From the human T2T-CHM13v2.0 reference genome, Homo sapiens, in NCBI RefSeq assembly GCF_009914755.1, contig NC_060933.1: a stretch of DNA of 64,000 bases. One strand, written 5' to 3'. The translations under genes and the position numbers were made by a program. Of this stretch, positions 53,585 to 64,000 are shown piece after piece (the stretch's first letter is position 1; every line of letters starts with the position of its first letter). Below the pieces are notes generated by a model, which searched no databases, had not been told where the DNA came from, and saw nothing but the letters and a program-made list of their open reading frames with translations.

Positions 53585-56001
53585 GCCTGGCTGTCTGCCG
53601 CCCCCGGCGCCTCCCCCAGCCGCCCTGGCCAGGCCCTTTGTGCACTGCTCCCACTCCCTGGCCCCATACCCTCCCCACCACTGGGTGCCTAAACTTGGCT
53701 CAGGCTGCTCAGTAAAGTACAGAACTCGAGTCCCACTGGAACAGAAGATGAACTCAACTGAATTCAGTGAAGATGTAGAAGAACTTCTAAGAAGTGAGAG
53801 TGGAGACAGGCCAAAGTTGCTGCTCTAGGCAGCTCCATGAATTCCAGGACTTCTGAGAAACACCCTCTGGAAAGCATCTTCACTGCCCTCCAGGACTTGA
53901 CTGGTCAGCAATGGCCAGCCAGAGTCCGTCCCCAGCATAGAGAGGAGGCAGCTGATCCCAGAGGTGCTCCTAGCACGAATGTGGAACCTGAGAAAATCTA
54001 GCCCTGCCAAGGCAATGGAGAGCAGGCCAGCAGGGCAGGAGCTCAGGCTCTGTGTGGCCAGGCAAGGAGGAGCTCTGCAACCATGCCACCACCCCTTACT
54101 ACAAAAAGCCTATGTATGGCACCTCACACAAGTTCATGGAGAAGAAGAACCGTCCCTCAGGGGACCTGCTAAACATATATGAGCTCTTCCAGAAGGTAAA
54201 TGCCAGCAACAGACCCTCGTCACTTAGGCTCCTGAATGAGCCACAGAAGTGGGACTATGGCAGCACTGGGGTGGCCACCAACAGTGACCCTAACATCTAC
54301 TTCCTGATCCAGAAGATATTCTACATGTTCAACACCCTCAAGTCTAACAGGTCCCAGCTGCACAGCACAATGGACATACTCTCCCTGAAGGTGAACCCCA
54401 CTGAGATGGTGGCCAAATTCCAGCTGCCCCCACCACCGCATAGCAGCTCATGGGCCGCAGAGCTCAAGCAGATGGTGGACCAGAGCCTGTCGGGTGGGGT
54501 CTTGGCAGGCTGCCCACTGGTGCAGCTCTTCCCCAAGCTCTTCAGCTGCAGTTGACTTCTCCCGAGGCTGCAGTGCCTGTAGCTTTGAGGCCAAGCGTAA
54601 GTTGGAGTCACTGCACCTGCAGCTCATCCACAACTACGTGGAGGTCTACTACCCCTCGGTGAAGGACATGGCCGTGTGACAGGCCGAGTGCTTGCCCCAG
54701 CTGAATAACTTCTTCAGCCACTTCTGGGCCCAGAGGGAGATGGAGAACAGCCAGCCCGGTGGCCAGGCTGCCAGCTTCTTTGAGGCCGAGCAGTGGACCC
54801 CGGCCACTTCCTGGACCACAAAGACGAGGAGGACGGCCTGTCTCTGGACCGGAGCAGCACCATGGCCTCAGACCACGTGGTGGACATGCAGGACCTCACC
54901 GAGTTCCTGGATGAAGCCTCTTCGCCCAGCGAATATGCTGTCTTCCTCCTCCACTGGCTCTTCCCTGAGCTCTTTGACCACTGCAAGCTGGGCGAGTACT
55001 ACAGCTGCTATGGGGATGGCAGCAAGCAGGAGCTGGAGCCGCAGAGGCTGCAGATCATCTGCAACTACACAGAGGTCTACTTCTCCCATATGCAGGAGGA
55101 GGAGGCCTGGCTGCAGCAGTGTGCCCAGCGCATCAACGACAAGCTCCAGGGCCTGAGGCTGGATGCGGGCAGTGAAGACGAGCCCCCCACGTGATGACTG
55201 CTACAACTCCTCCAGCCTCCCGATGACATCTCAGTAATCAGGGTGGAGGATAGCTCCAAGGGCGAGCAGCGCCGCTCCAAGAAGATCTGGCTGGTACTCA
55301 TCAACCTGGACAAATTGGAGATCCCCCAGCCCAATTTGGAGGTGCCTGGCACCGACTGCCTGCTCAGCAAGGAGCATCTGCACAGCATCTATGAGAGCAG
55401 CCTGTCCATTGGCAACTTCGCCTTGCACCTGCTGGTGCCCCTGTTCCCCAAGCTCTTCACCCATGAGAACCTGCACAAGCAGTACAGCTCCAGCGGTTCC
55501 CTGGGCAAGAAGCAGCTGGACCTGTCCTGCATCAAGCTCATTCGCCAGTATGTGTGTCTGCTCTACCTCCATGCCAAAAACGACCGCTTCTGGACCCTGG
55601 AGTTCATGGGCAACCTGCGCCGGGACACGAGCAGAGGCGCTCCTACCAGCAGCAGTGCAAGGTCCACGTGCTGGCCCCCAGTGCAGAGACATGAGGAGCT
55701 ATGCAATCAACCCTGAGAGGTTTGAGGAGGAGTTTGAGGGTCCCCCGCTGCCCCCAAGAGGAGCAGGAAGGACTTTTGCAAGATCCCCTTGGACAAGGTG
55801 GTGGTCCCTCGCCCAGCTTCCCGGTGCCCTCTCCCTACCTGCTGTCCGACAAGGAGGTGCGCGAGATCATGCAGCAGAGCCTCTCCGTGGGCAACTTGGC
55901 TGCAGGGCTCCTCCACTGCCAAGAACCTCCCGCTGCAGTACAATCATTCCCGGGCTTGCAACAAGAAGCAGCTGGACCCTACGCAGCTGTGGCTCATCTG
56001 C
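53585..56001 (+). pseudogene. BEND3P2: Processed pseudogene of BEND3 (BEN-domain protein), 3'-truncated
   Basis: ATG 53748 MNSTEFSEDVEE; collinear intronless fragments YKKPMYGTSHKFMEKKN, NIYFLIQKIFYM, LVQLFPKLF, LESLHLQLIHNYVEVYYP, WLFPELFDH, KKQLDLSCIKLIRQYV, YNHSRACNKKQLDPT in shifting frames with stops; ends inside the last BEN domain. Pseudogene number recalled. Confidence 0.9.
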
Positions 56002-56049
56002 AGACTTTTTAGTACACTTTTAGTGTGCTCACTTTTAGTACCTTTTAGT

Positions 56050-57060
56050 TCCCTTTTTTTGGTTGAAAGTGAGACATGATACACTGGGCAAAAGGAACAG
56101 AGGTAAAGAGGTCTTTTGTGTAAGGCTCTTGTGTTTATCTGGCTGGTAGTTAGACTGTCTTCACTGTTTGGTGTTGCTGTAGGTGTCAGAGGCAAAATGT
56201 ACTCAGGTGTCCTTGTTAGTATCTCCCCGCTTGTCTTTGAGTTTCCCTAGAGACTCCTTCTTAAATAAGTGCTGAGACAGTCAATTCCTTCCATTATAAT
56301 TCCCTTATTATACAAAAGTCCTACTGATGTGGTGAGGAGGCACTTATGTGGGAGAGGAAATGTTCGATAATCCTGTAATTAGGTTCCAGGCACAGTGCAC
56401 AGTGAGCCTATGCTCCTAGGCTGTGACCTGCACATGTGCTTCTCAGTAGCCCGTGTCCCTGGTGGGACAGGAAGGCACAGGGAACTGGAGTTTGACACTT
56501 CTCTTTCCGCAACTCAGTTAGACTCTGATAAAACCCCAATACATTAGGCTCTGGTAAAAATATTTTCTGTTAAGGATAGGTTTTTGCAAAGTAGAACTAA
56601 TGTTCTGCTTTTATTTCAAAATGGTTACTTTTCCCATCGTCCTGCCAAAATCAGGAGGGGGTTTTTCTCTGATCTACACCCTGAGAATCTGGTAAGGCTA
56701 CTGAAGGTAAAACTCCTGAAAGTTGGGGCTCTCCTAAGACTGGACATGGAGTTTTTAACTGTCAAGCTCATCCACATTGAACCCTCAGCACTTTGTCAAT
56801 TACAGTTTAGGTTTTTCTACCCTGGGATTGGCTCCAATAGCCAGCTTTTACATCTGAGCTTCCCTTCAGATTAACCGTGATTCTCTGTATCTGCCTGTCT
56901 CCAGTTTTGAGGGTAGTAATCTGCCCTGTGACCTCAATTCTCTGACAGATCTAAGAAGAGTTGTTGACTTTCAGTTTGTTCAGCTTTTTTTTTTCTTGTT
57001 TTGAGAATGGGAGTGATGACTTCCAAGCTTCTTATACTCCAGACTGGAAACTGGAAGTCT
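56050..57060 (-). mobile_element. Old L1 5'-region fragment
   Basis: tgccctgtgacctcaattctctgacagatctaagaagagttgttga...ggagtgatgacttccaagct is typical of reverse L1M 5' ends. Confidence 0.6.
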
Positions 57061-57420
57061 TTAATTGATCTTGGTTCATTTCATTTCACTCCCATAGCTT
57101 GTCTGGGGATGACTTTGGCAACAAAAGCAGCAGCCCATGCCCGTGCACCATCTGGGAGAACAGGGGGGCCCTGATGATGACTCTAGGGCCCTCCATGCCC
57201 TACTCGTCTCTCTCTTCAGGAGTGGATATCTGAGGCTCACTTTGGGGACAGGTCAGAGTAAGCCTCCCTCAGGTGTCTGAGGCTTGGATAAAAGGCATCT
57301 TGGGTGCAGTCTGTGGGTGTGGAAAGAACAGTGATTGAGCTCTCTCAAGAGAGATCTCAGTTTGAATTTCTGTTCCACTACATACTACCTATGATATCTT
57401 TAAAAAGCCACTCAACCCTG

Positions 57421-57726
57421 GCCGGGTGTGGTGGCTCACGCCTGTATTCCCAGCACTTTGGGAGGCTGAGGCGGGTGGATCACGAGGTCAGGAGAGTGAG
57501 ACCATCCTGGCTAACATGGTGAAACCCCGTCTCTACTAAAAATTTAAAAAATTAGCTGGGCATGGTGGCGGGTGCCTGTAGTCCCAGCTACTCGGGAGAA
57601 TGAGGCGGGAGAATGAGGCAGTAGAACGGTGTGAATCCGGGAGGTGGAGTTTGCGATGAGCGGAGATTGCGCCACTGCACTCCAGCCTGGGCGACAGAGC
57701 GAGACTCCATCTAAAAAAAAAAAAAA
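57421..57726 (+). mobile_element. Alu (AluY-like) with small internal duplication gggagaatgaggc
   Basis: Alu dimer, flanked by actcaaccct on both sides. Confidence 0.92.
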
Positions 57727-59669
57727 CCTACTCAACCCTAATAGGCTGCAGTTTATCTTTAAAAATAAACTAAACCAGGATAAGGATACTGAGCACTTAC
57801 ATTGGTTTCAAGAAACAGGGAAACTAACTGTGCAGGAACTGAGATTTGTTTGATCTGTCGCGTGGACTAGGTATGTATCCCCACCCTTTGGTTTAGAGGC
57901 CTGAGAGCATCCAGGAGGACAGGAAATCACCTAACCCCTGGCATAAGGTGTATAACAGGCAGGCCCTCAGGACACAGCCAGCCTGTGGCTGCCACAAAGG
58001 AGAATAGTGGCTCTGGGGACAGTGGAGTGGCTAATACTCTAAACAGAACTGCCCAAGCTCCCCTGACCTTCTGGAGAACATGCGTGGAGCACATGCTGTC
58101 TTGGTAACTCACTGACCTCTCAGAGTCCTGAGCAGCCCTGCTCTGAGACCCCATAACTGAGCTTACCACCAGGGGAGGGAACACTTTCTGTGGAGACCGC
58201 TGAGCTCTAAGGCTGGACACTAGTAGTGGACATATTACTAGGCATGGCAGTACCTCAGTGGTGGAGCTCTGGTCAGAGGCAGGGACTGCTGGAAATACCC
58301 CTACAGGAGTGGATACTGGGAAGACACTTTCTTCAGGCCTCACAATATTATTTTGGGGTGAGAATTCCTGCATGAGTAGTAGAGGGTTTAAGCCAGTGAG
58401 GTCCTAGTGTTGACATGCATGTGAGTCTATCTGTGCCCCTTGCCTGTGAGGGTACAGGAAATGTGGCCAATACCAAGACTGGGGACAATGTGCACTGAAA
58501 CTTTTGGATGGCGCCTTGTCCATACAGACATGTGCTAAATGGGAGCTCTCCCGTTTTCCCGTGGTCTCTGAAGGCTGGGGGTAGGCTGTGCTGAGAGGCC
58601 TCTAGGAGTCCTGCTGGCTGCACAGGGCTGTGTCCAGCAGGCTTGCAGGAAGGATGGCCCAGAACACTATTTTGAGGCTTATTGCTGGGGCACTAAATCC
58701 TGCATCAGCTAAGTAGATAAGGTAATACCAGGCTCTACCAGCTGGAGGAGTACAGACTTCTTGGGGCAGGGTTGGCCAAGGGCCTTAGACAGGAGGGAGC
58801 ATGTTTATGCAGGATTGGGGGCTTTGGAGATGGGCAGTGGGTCAAGTGCCTGCAGACTTGGGGAAAGCAGGGCCTACGGGGACAGGTGAGGAGGGGCAGG
58901 AATTGTCCCTAGGCGCAGAGCTCTGAGCATGGCTGACCTAAACCTCGGCTTTTGGCTTGGCATCAGGACCCTCCTCCATCTGCTTCTGTCAGTCTTTCCC
59001 AGACCCTCATGTTTTGAAAGCACTCTAGCTGCAGGCTGGAACCCTCTTCTCATGGCTGGGATCCTGTTCCCCAGTCCTGCTCAATTACTTTGTGCACCAG
59101 CCACTTCCCTTTTTCCGTCTCCACTGGGAGTCGAACCTCCCTCCTCCACGCCCCAGGAGCGCTGTTCCTGTACTTCAGAGAAGCCCTTGCTCCCTGACAC
59201 TGTGGACACCAGGTGTAGTTTCAGCTCCTCTGAAGGCCTGGGTGCTTCCTGTGGCAGGAGCAACGTTGAGTGCAGACTGACCCCACTCCCTCCCAGCTGG
59301 CGGCCTCAGCTCCCTCAGCACCCCTAGTGTCCCCCCTACCCCTGCTTTCCTCCTAGGAGCCCACAGTTGAGATTCTTTGTGTGAGGTCCCAGGTTCCTGC
59401 CCTGGGAGTCAGACAATGAATCCTATGGAAAGGGCAAGCACTAAGGAGCAGGAGGGGCCTTGGAGGGCCGTGCGGGGTGGAGGAGGAGCAGATGACTCTT
59501 TTGTTGGGTTTGGTTTTGTGTTGCCAAGCTTGGTTTGGGGAATGGCAGTTGATAGGCAGAAAAGCCAGGATTAGGAACCATTTAGAGGGACAGTGGGCTA
59601 GGGAGAGGGAGGGTCAAGCATGGACACCTAGGCCGAGCAGAGAGAAGGGGTCGAGGGGCTCTGCGGTCA

Positions 59670-59981
59670 TCACAGGGTCTGCCATGGGGCCCTGAGGGTA
59701 AGTGGCAGCAGGAGCCAGGTCTGTGGCAGCACAAGGGCTGCGCAGGGCCCAGGCAGGCCAGCAGCCCTCAGAGGCTTGGGTGGAGAGCAGGTGTGAGGAG
59801 CCAGCGCGGGGTCAGAAAGAGGAGTGAGCCTCATGATTTTGTCAATCCAGTTGATGAAGTAGGTGACCCTGGTGAAGATGCTGGGGTAGGCAGGATGCCG
59901 GCAGTCCAGGCCCCAGCTGGCCAGCCCCACCAGGACCCAGGCACTGGGGAGGTAGCAGACTAGAGGCCCCCCAGAATCGCC
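59670..59981 (-). pseudogene. PRSS47P: Terminal exon of a trypsin-family (S1) serine protease gene/pseudogene with catalytic GDSGGP and a hydrophobic C-tail
   Basis: ttctcag|[50 protein letters not shown]...[21 protein letters not shown]; upstream exons not recognised in the window. Symbol and pseudogene status recalled. Confidence 0.75.
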
Positions 59982-60597
59982 CTGAGAACAAAGAAAGAGG
60001 AGTTAGCTTTGGGGGATGAGTGTGTCTGAGACACCAGGTGGCAAGGTCGGACGTTCTGCGCCTCTGCTCTCTGAGTCAGGGTCCCGCTGCAGACCCACCA
60101 GATGGAAATCTCCAGGCATCAAGCTCCTGAGCTGACCCTCAGAGTGGACAATCATAGATCTGAATCTACCAACACGTGAACCCACCCTCTGCCCTCTACA
60201 CCCAGGACAACACACTGCTTGAAGCCTAGAGGGGACAGCTGTATGTACAGGGCCTGAGAGGCGCTGGGCCTGCTAGCAAAGCACAGCCAGCTGAAACCTC
60301 TGTGCAGAGCGCAGCTCTTGTGAACCCTAAGCTGCAGCAGAACATCCCCTCTGGGCGCCCCGTCCTTTTTTGTTCATTTAGGCCTTTGGTTTTCTCTCAA
60401 CTTTTTGGTAAAGTATCTTTAGAAAGTGCCCATGCCCAGGCCCTGTGGAGACAGCCCACATCACTAGGGAAGCAGGCAGGGGTCTCCAGAAAGTTGCTTG
60501 GAGTTACTGGAGTCCTGAAATGCTGTCAGGGTGGGATCATGCAGTTGAAAGCCCCCTATATCATGGGCCAAAAAGTGAGACCCAAAGAAAGGGTCTC

Positions 60598-60978
<381 letters not shown>

Positions 60979-61568
60979 CTAGTCCAGGGTGCACCTGGGG
61001 CATCCAGTGCAGGCACTGCTCTTGGGAAACACGGGGAAAAGACAAACCCTGTCCCCCATGGTGCATAGATAAATAAGCCAACTGACCCTATGGAAGCGGG
61101 AGGACATTTCGTATCCATGGATCACAACAAGCTTTCCTGACCTTACACTCAAATAGGAAACAGAACCTACTTCTGCGAGGTCCAGAAGAGAGGGCCCAGT
61201 TGGCGCAAACCAGGAGAGGATGGGGCAAACCTTGTGGGAGGGAGTGAGGGGGCAGAGGGAGGTCTCAGAGCTGCAGAGGGGCAACTTGGAGAACTGTATG
61301 CTGGAGGGTGGGGGACACGTGACCTGTTTAAACCATCAGTCTGGTGCCATGTAGAGAAAGAAGTTGCTGAGCACCAGGTAGAGAGGAGGGACCAGGGAGG
61401 AAACTACAGGAGGGAAGAAATGGTCAGATTTGGGATGGTATTTTGAAGGAGGAGCCAAAGGACTTGTGGACTCTGGCCTTTTCTTACCAACCAGGGAAAA
61501 GGAGTGGAGACAAAAGGAAGAAGGCTAAGAACTCGGCTCTGGGGTCTCCAGCACTGAGAGGCCGGAAG

Positions 61569-61891
61569 GGCCCAGCCCCTCTCAGGCCCTGTACATACAG
61601 CTGTTCCTTCTAGGCTTCAAGCAGTGTGTTGTCCTGGGTGTGGAAGGCAGAGGGTGGGTCCACGTGTGATAGATTCAGATCCATAATTGTCCACTCTGAG
61701 GGTCAGCTCAGGAGCTTTGATACCTGGAGATTTCTATCTGGTGGGTCTGCAGTGGGACCCTGACTCAGAAAGAGGAGGCACAGAGCATCCGACCTTGCCA
61801 CCTGGTGTCTCAGACATGATCATCGCCCAAAGCTAACTCCTCTTTCTTTGTCCTCAGGGTGATTCTGGGGGGCCTCTAGTCTGCTATCTCC
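61569..61891 (+). repeat. Inverted duplicate of 59948-60270 (protease intron end, acceptor and [11 protein letters not shown])
   Basis: tcctcag|ggtgattctggggggcctctagtctgctatctcc and ~290 bp upstream match the reverse complement of 59948-60270 with scattered substitutions. Confidence 0.92.
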
Positions 61892-62411
61892 TCAGAGGCA
61901 GCTGGTAGCAAAAAGTGGGAGTGGAGTGGCTGGCGACTGGCACCAGCAGCTGAGCGTGAGATGCTGCTGATGTGTCAAGGGAGCAGTGACTCTGGCAAGG
62001 CAGAGGCTGTGGACAAAGTGGCTTTGGTGGCATGAGAGGGACAAGGCTGGTTTGGGTGATTCAGTGCAGTCAGGCCTGGGAGGAGTCTTCAGGGAAGAAA
62101 GGTGGAGAAATGGGGCAGTAGCTGGAGGAGATTGTTGCCATGCCTTGACGTGGGAGGCATGAGAGGGAGGGCAGGGGACACAGGAGTAGGGGAAAGGCCC
62201 TAGCGACCCGGTGCTCAAGGATGGGTTGGCCCAGGGTGAGCCATCGGGGCAAGGGGGAGAGACTAGGCAGATCAGGGTGGGCAGATGTGGGGCCAAGAAG
62301 AGCGAGCTTCTCATTGCTTCATCTTCTCAGTTTGATGAGAAGCAAGAGAGCACACTGAGAGGGAGGGGCCTGGGCTGGGGGAGTGGAGGCCAGAGGAGAG
62401 AGAAGGGGTGA

Positions 62412-62885
62412 CGTGGTGCGGTCACTAAAGAATACTCCCAAAGACATCCATATCCTCATCCCTGGAACCTGTGAATGTGTTATCTTACATGGCGTAGGGG
62501 ACTTTGCAACTGGAGTTGAGTGGAGACTCTTGAGATGGGAGATTATTCTGGAGTATCTCAAAAGGCCCAGTGTCATCACAAAGTTTTTTATAAGGGAAGG
62601 CAGGAGGCAGAAGGGTCAGAGTCAGAGGAGGAGATATGACAACAGACACAGAGGTCACACTGATAGCTTTGAAGATGGAGAAAGAGACCATGAGCCCAGG
62701 AGTGTGGGCGGCCTCTAGAAGTTGGAAAAGGAAATTGAATCTCCTCTAGAGCCTCCAGAAAAAAACCCAGCTCTGATGACACCTTGATTTTAGACTTTTG
62801 CCCTCTAGAACTGCAAGATAATAGACATCTGTGGTCTCAGCCGCCCAGTTTGTGGGGATTTGCTCCTGCAGCCCTGGCAAATTCA
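62412..62885 (+). mobile_element. MLT1D-like MaLR LTR
   Basis: cccaaagacatccatatcctcatccctggaacctgtgaatgtgttatcttacatggc...cctctagagcctccaga...gacaccttgattttag. Confidence 0.75.
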
Positions 62886-63354
62886 TGCCCGGGGTCTTCT
62901 TGGGAGTGGAAAGTGCCTTCGCTGTCTCAGATCCACCCCTCAGTGCTTCCCTACTCGGAGTGCCCACCCAGCTTGTTTGAGGGCAAGAGGAGGCCTGGTC
63001 CTCCGGGCAATGGTCCCTGACTACTCCAGGCCTCAGTGATCCATGCAGATGAACCACCTGCTTGCCAACATCACGCTTGATTCTGGGCCAGTCTGGGAGA
63101 GACGGGAAGGACTCCAAGGGTCTCCTGGCCCTGACCCTTGGGAGCTCCGAGTACGCAGAGGAAGTCCCAACATTAATGTACCCCATGCAAACTAGGCTGT
63201 GGTTTGCACTACTGTGGAGACAGAGGAAGCCACGTGTAACTGGTGGGCCTGGTGGTGAATTCCACATTGGGTGAAAGGGCAGGTCCGAGATAGGCCCAGA
63301 AGAATGAGTACAACTCAGATAGAGGAAAACAGACAAGGCCAGGAACATGGAAGC

Positions 63355-63520
63355 CAACACTTATTAAGCACCTGCTAAATGCCAGGCATGGTGCTACATT
63401 TCTACAGGAACCTTATGAAGTGGAGGCTGTTAGCAAGCCCACTGCACGGGTGAGAAAACTTAGCTAAGGTCACAGCACATGCAAGTGACAGAGTGAAGAC
63501 TGCAACCAGCTGTGTCCTGC
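63355..63520. mobile_element. MIR
   Basis: acacttattaagcacctgctaaatgccaggc...ctaaggtcacagc. Confidence 0.6.
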
Positions 63521-64000
63521 TCGCAGTCTGAGCGCTGAGTCACCCTGCAGCTCTCTCTCTCCTCAAAGCTGTTTTTGCGTGCTCCATGCAGGGAAGAGAA
63601 GAGAGCCACAGGGTGGAGGCGGGGACCACAGCAGATGGCTCAGCAGGAGATGAATCCAGATGGAATCTCACAGACAGGCAGTGGTGGCTGAAAGGCTCAG
63701 GAGATGTCCACCTCAGTGGTGTCCTTGGCCTGGGCAAGGAACTAGAGGAGGGGCAGGGCTGAGGGCACTGTGGAATGTCCAGCAGGTAGGCAAAGTGTGC
63801 TGGCCCTGAGGCTCCAGGGGCATGACCTTTGCAAGAGAGGCTGGTGGGGAACAAGGCTGGAAGGGAGCTGGACTAAGGACTTGTTGGCTGAGCCCCACCA
63901 GGGCTGGGCATTGGGCAGGCTCCCTGCTCCCCCTGGGGTACAGATGACTCTGTGAGGAGAAGGGGCCAGGCCACAGCCAGAAAGGAGGAACAATGAAGTA

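Noticed and set aside
54052-56023. BEND3-like ORFs as a functional retrogene
   Set aside because: Multiple frameshifts and stops, and truncation in the last BEN domain
62746-63360. 204-aa minus-strand ORF as an upstream protease exon
   Set aside because: No trypsin motifs, and it runs into the MLT1D-like LTR

Overview
Human/primate genomic DNA with no intact protein-coding gene. It reads as a mosaic of duplicated gene fragments and retrocopies in LINE/Alu/LTR-dense sequence. From left to right: a 3' retrocopy of NSUN2 (5.4-6.2 kb); an unprocessed 16-exon 3' fragment of the receptor tyrosine phosphatase PTPRV/OST-PTP (14.9-21.1 kb); a disabled copy of the LGR6 CpG-island promoter and exon 1 (23.8-24.1 kb), giving the PTPRV(P)-LGR6 order known from 1q32 but as a duplicate; a U13 snoRNA retrocopy; two intact minus-strand TCERG1L FF-domain exons (32.9 and 39.9 kb) with a 3'UTR-only retrocopy inserted beside one acceptor; a BEND3 processed pseudogene (53.6-56.0 kb); and the last, catalytic-Ser exon of a trypsin-like protease gene with a 323-bp inverted duplicate (59.7-61.9 kb). 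From memory this matches human 9q22.31 (LOC100128076, LINC00475, BEND3P2, PRSS47P); that placement and all parent-gene identities are recalled, not searched. The most notable observations are a spliced ~346-codon ORF still open across the whole PTP D2 half while D1 carries five lesions, and a transplanted LGR6 promoter with an intact splice donor and three co-oriented CTCF motifs that could drive a chimeric lncRNA. Repeat boundaries are approximate.
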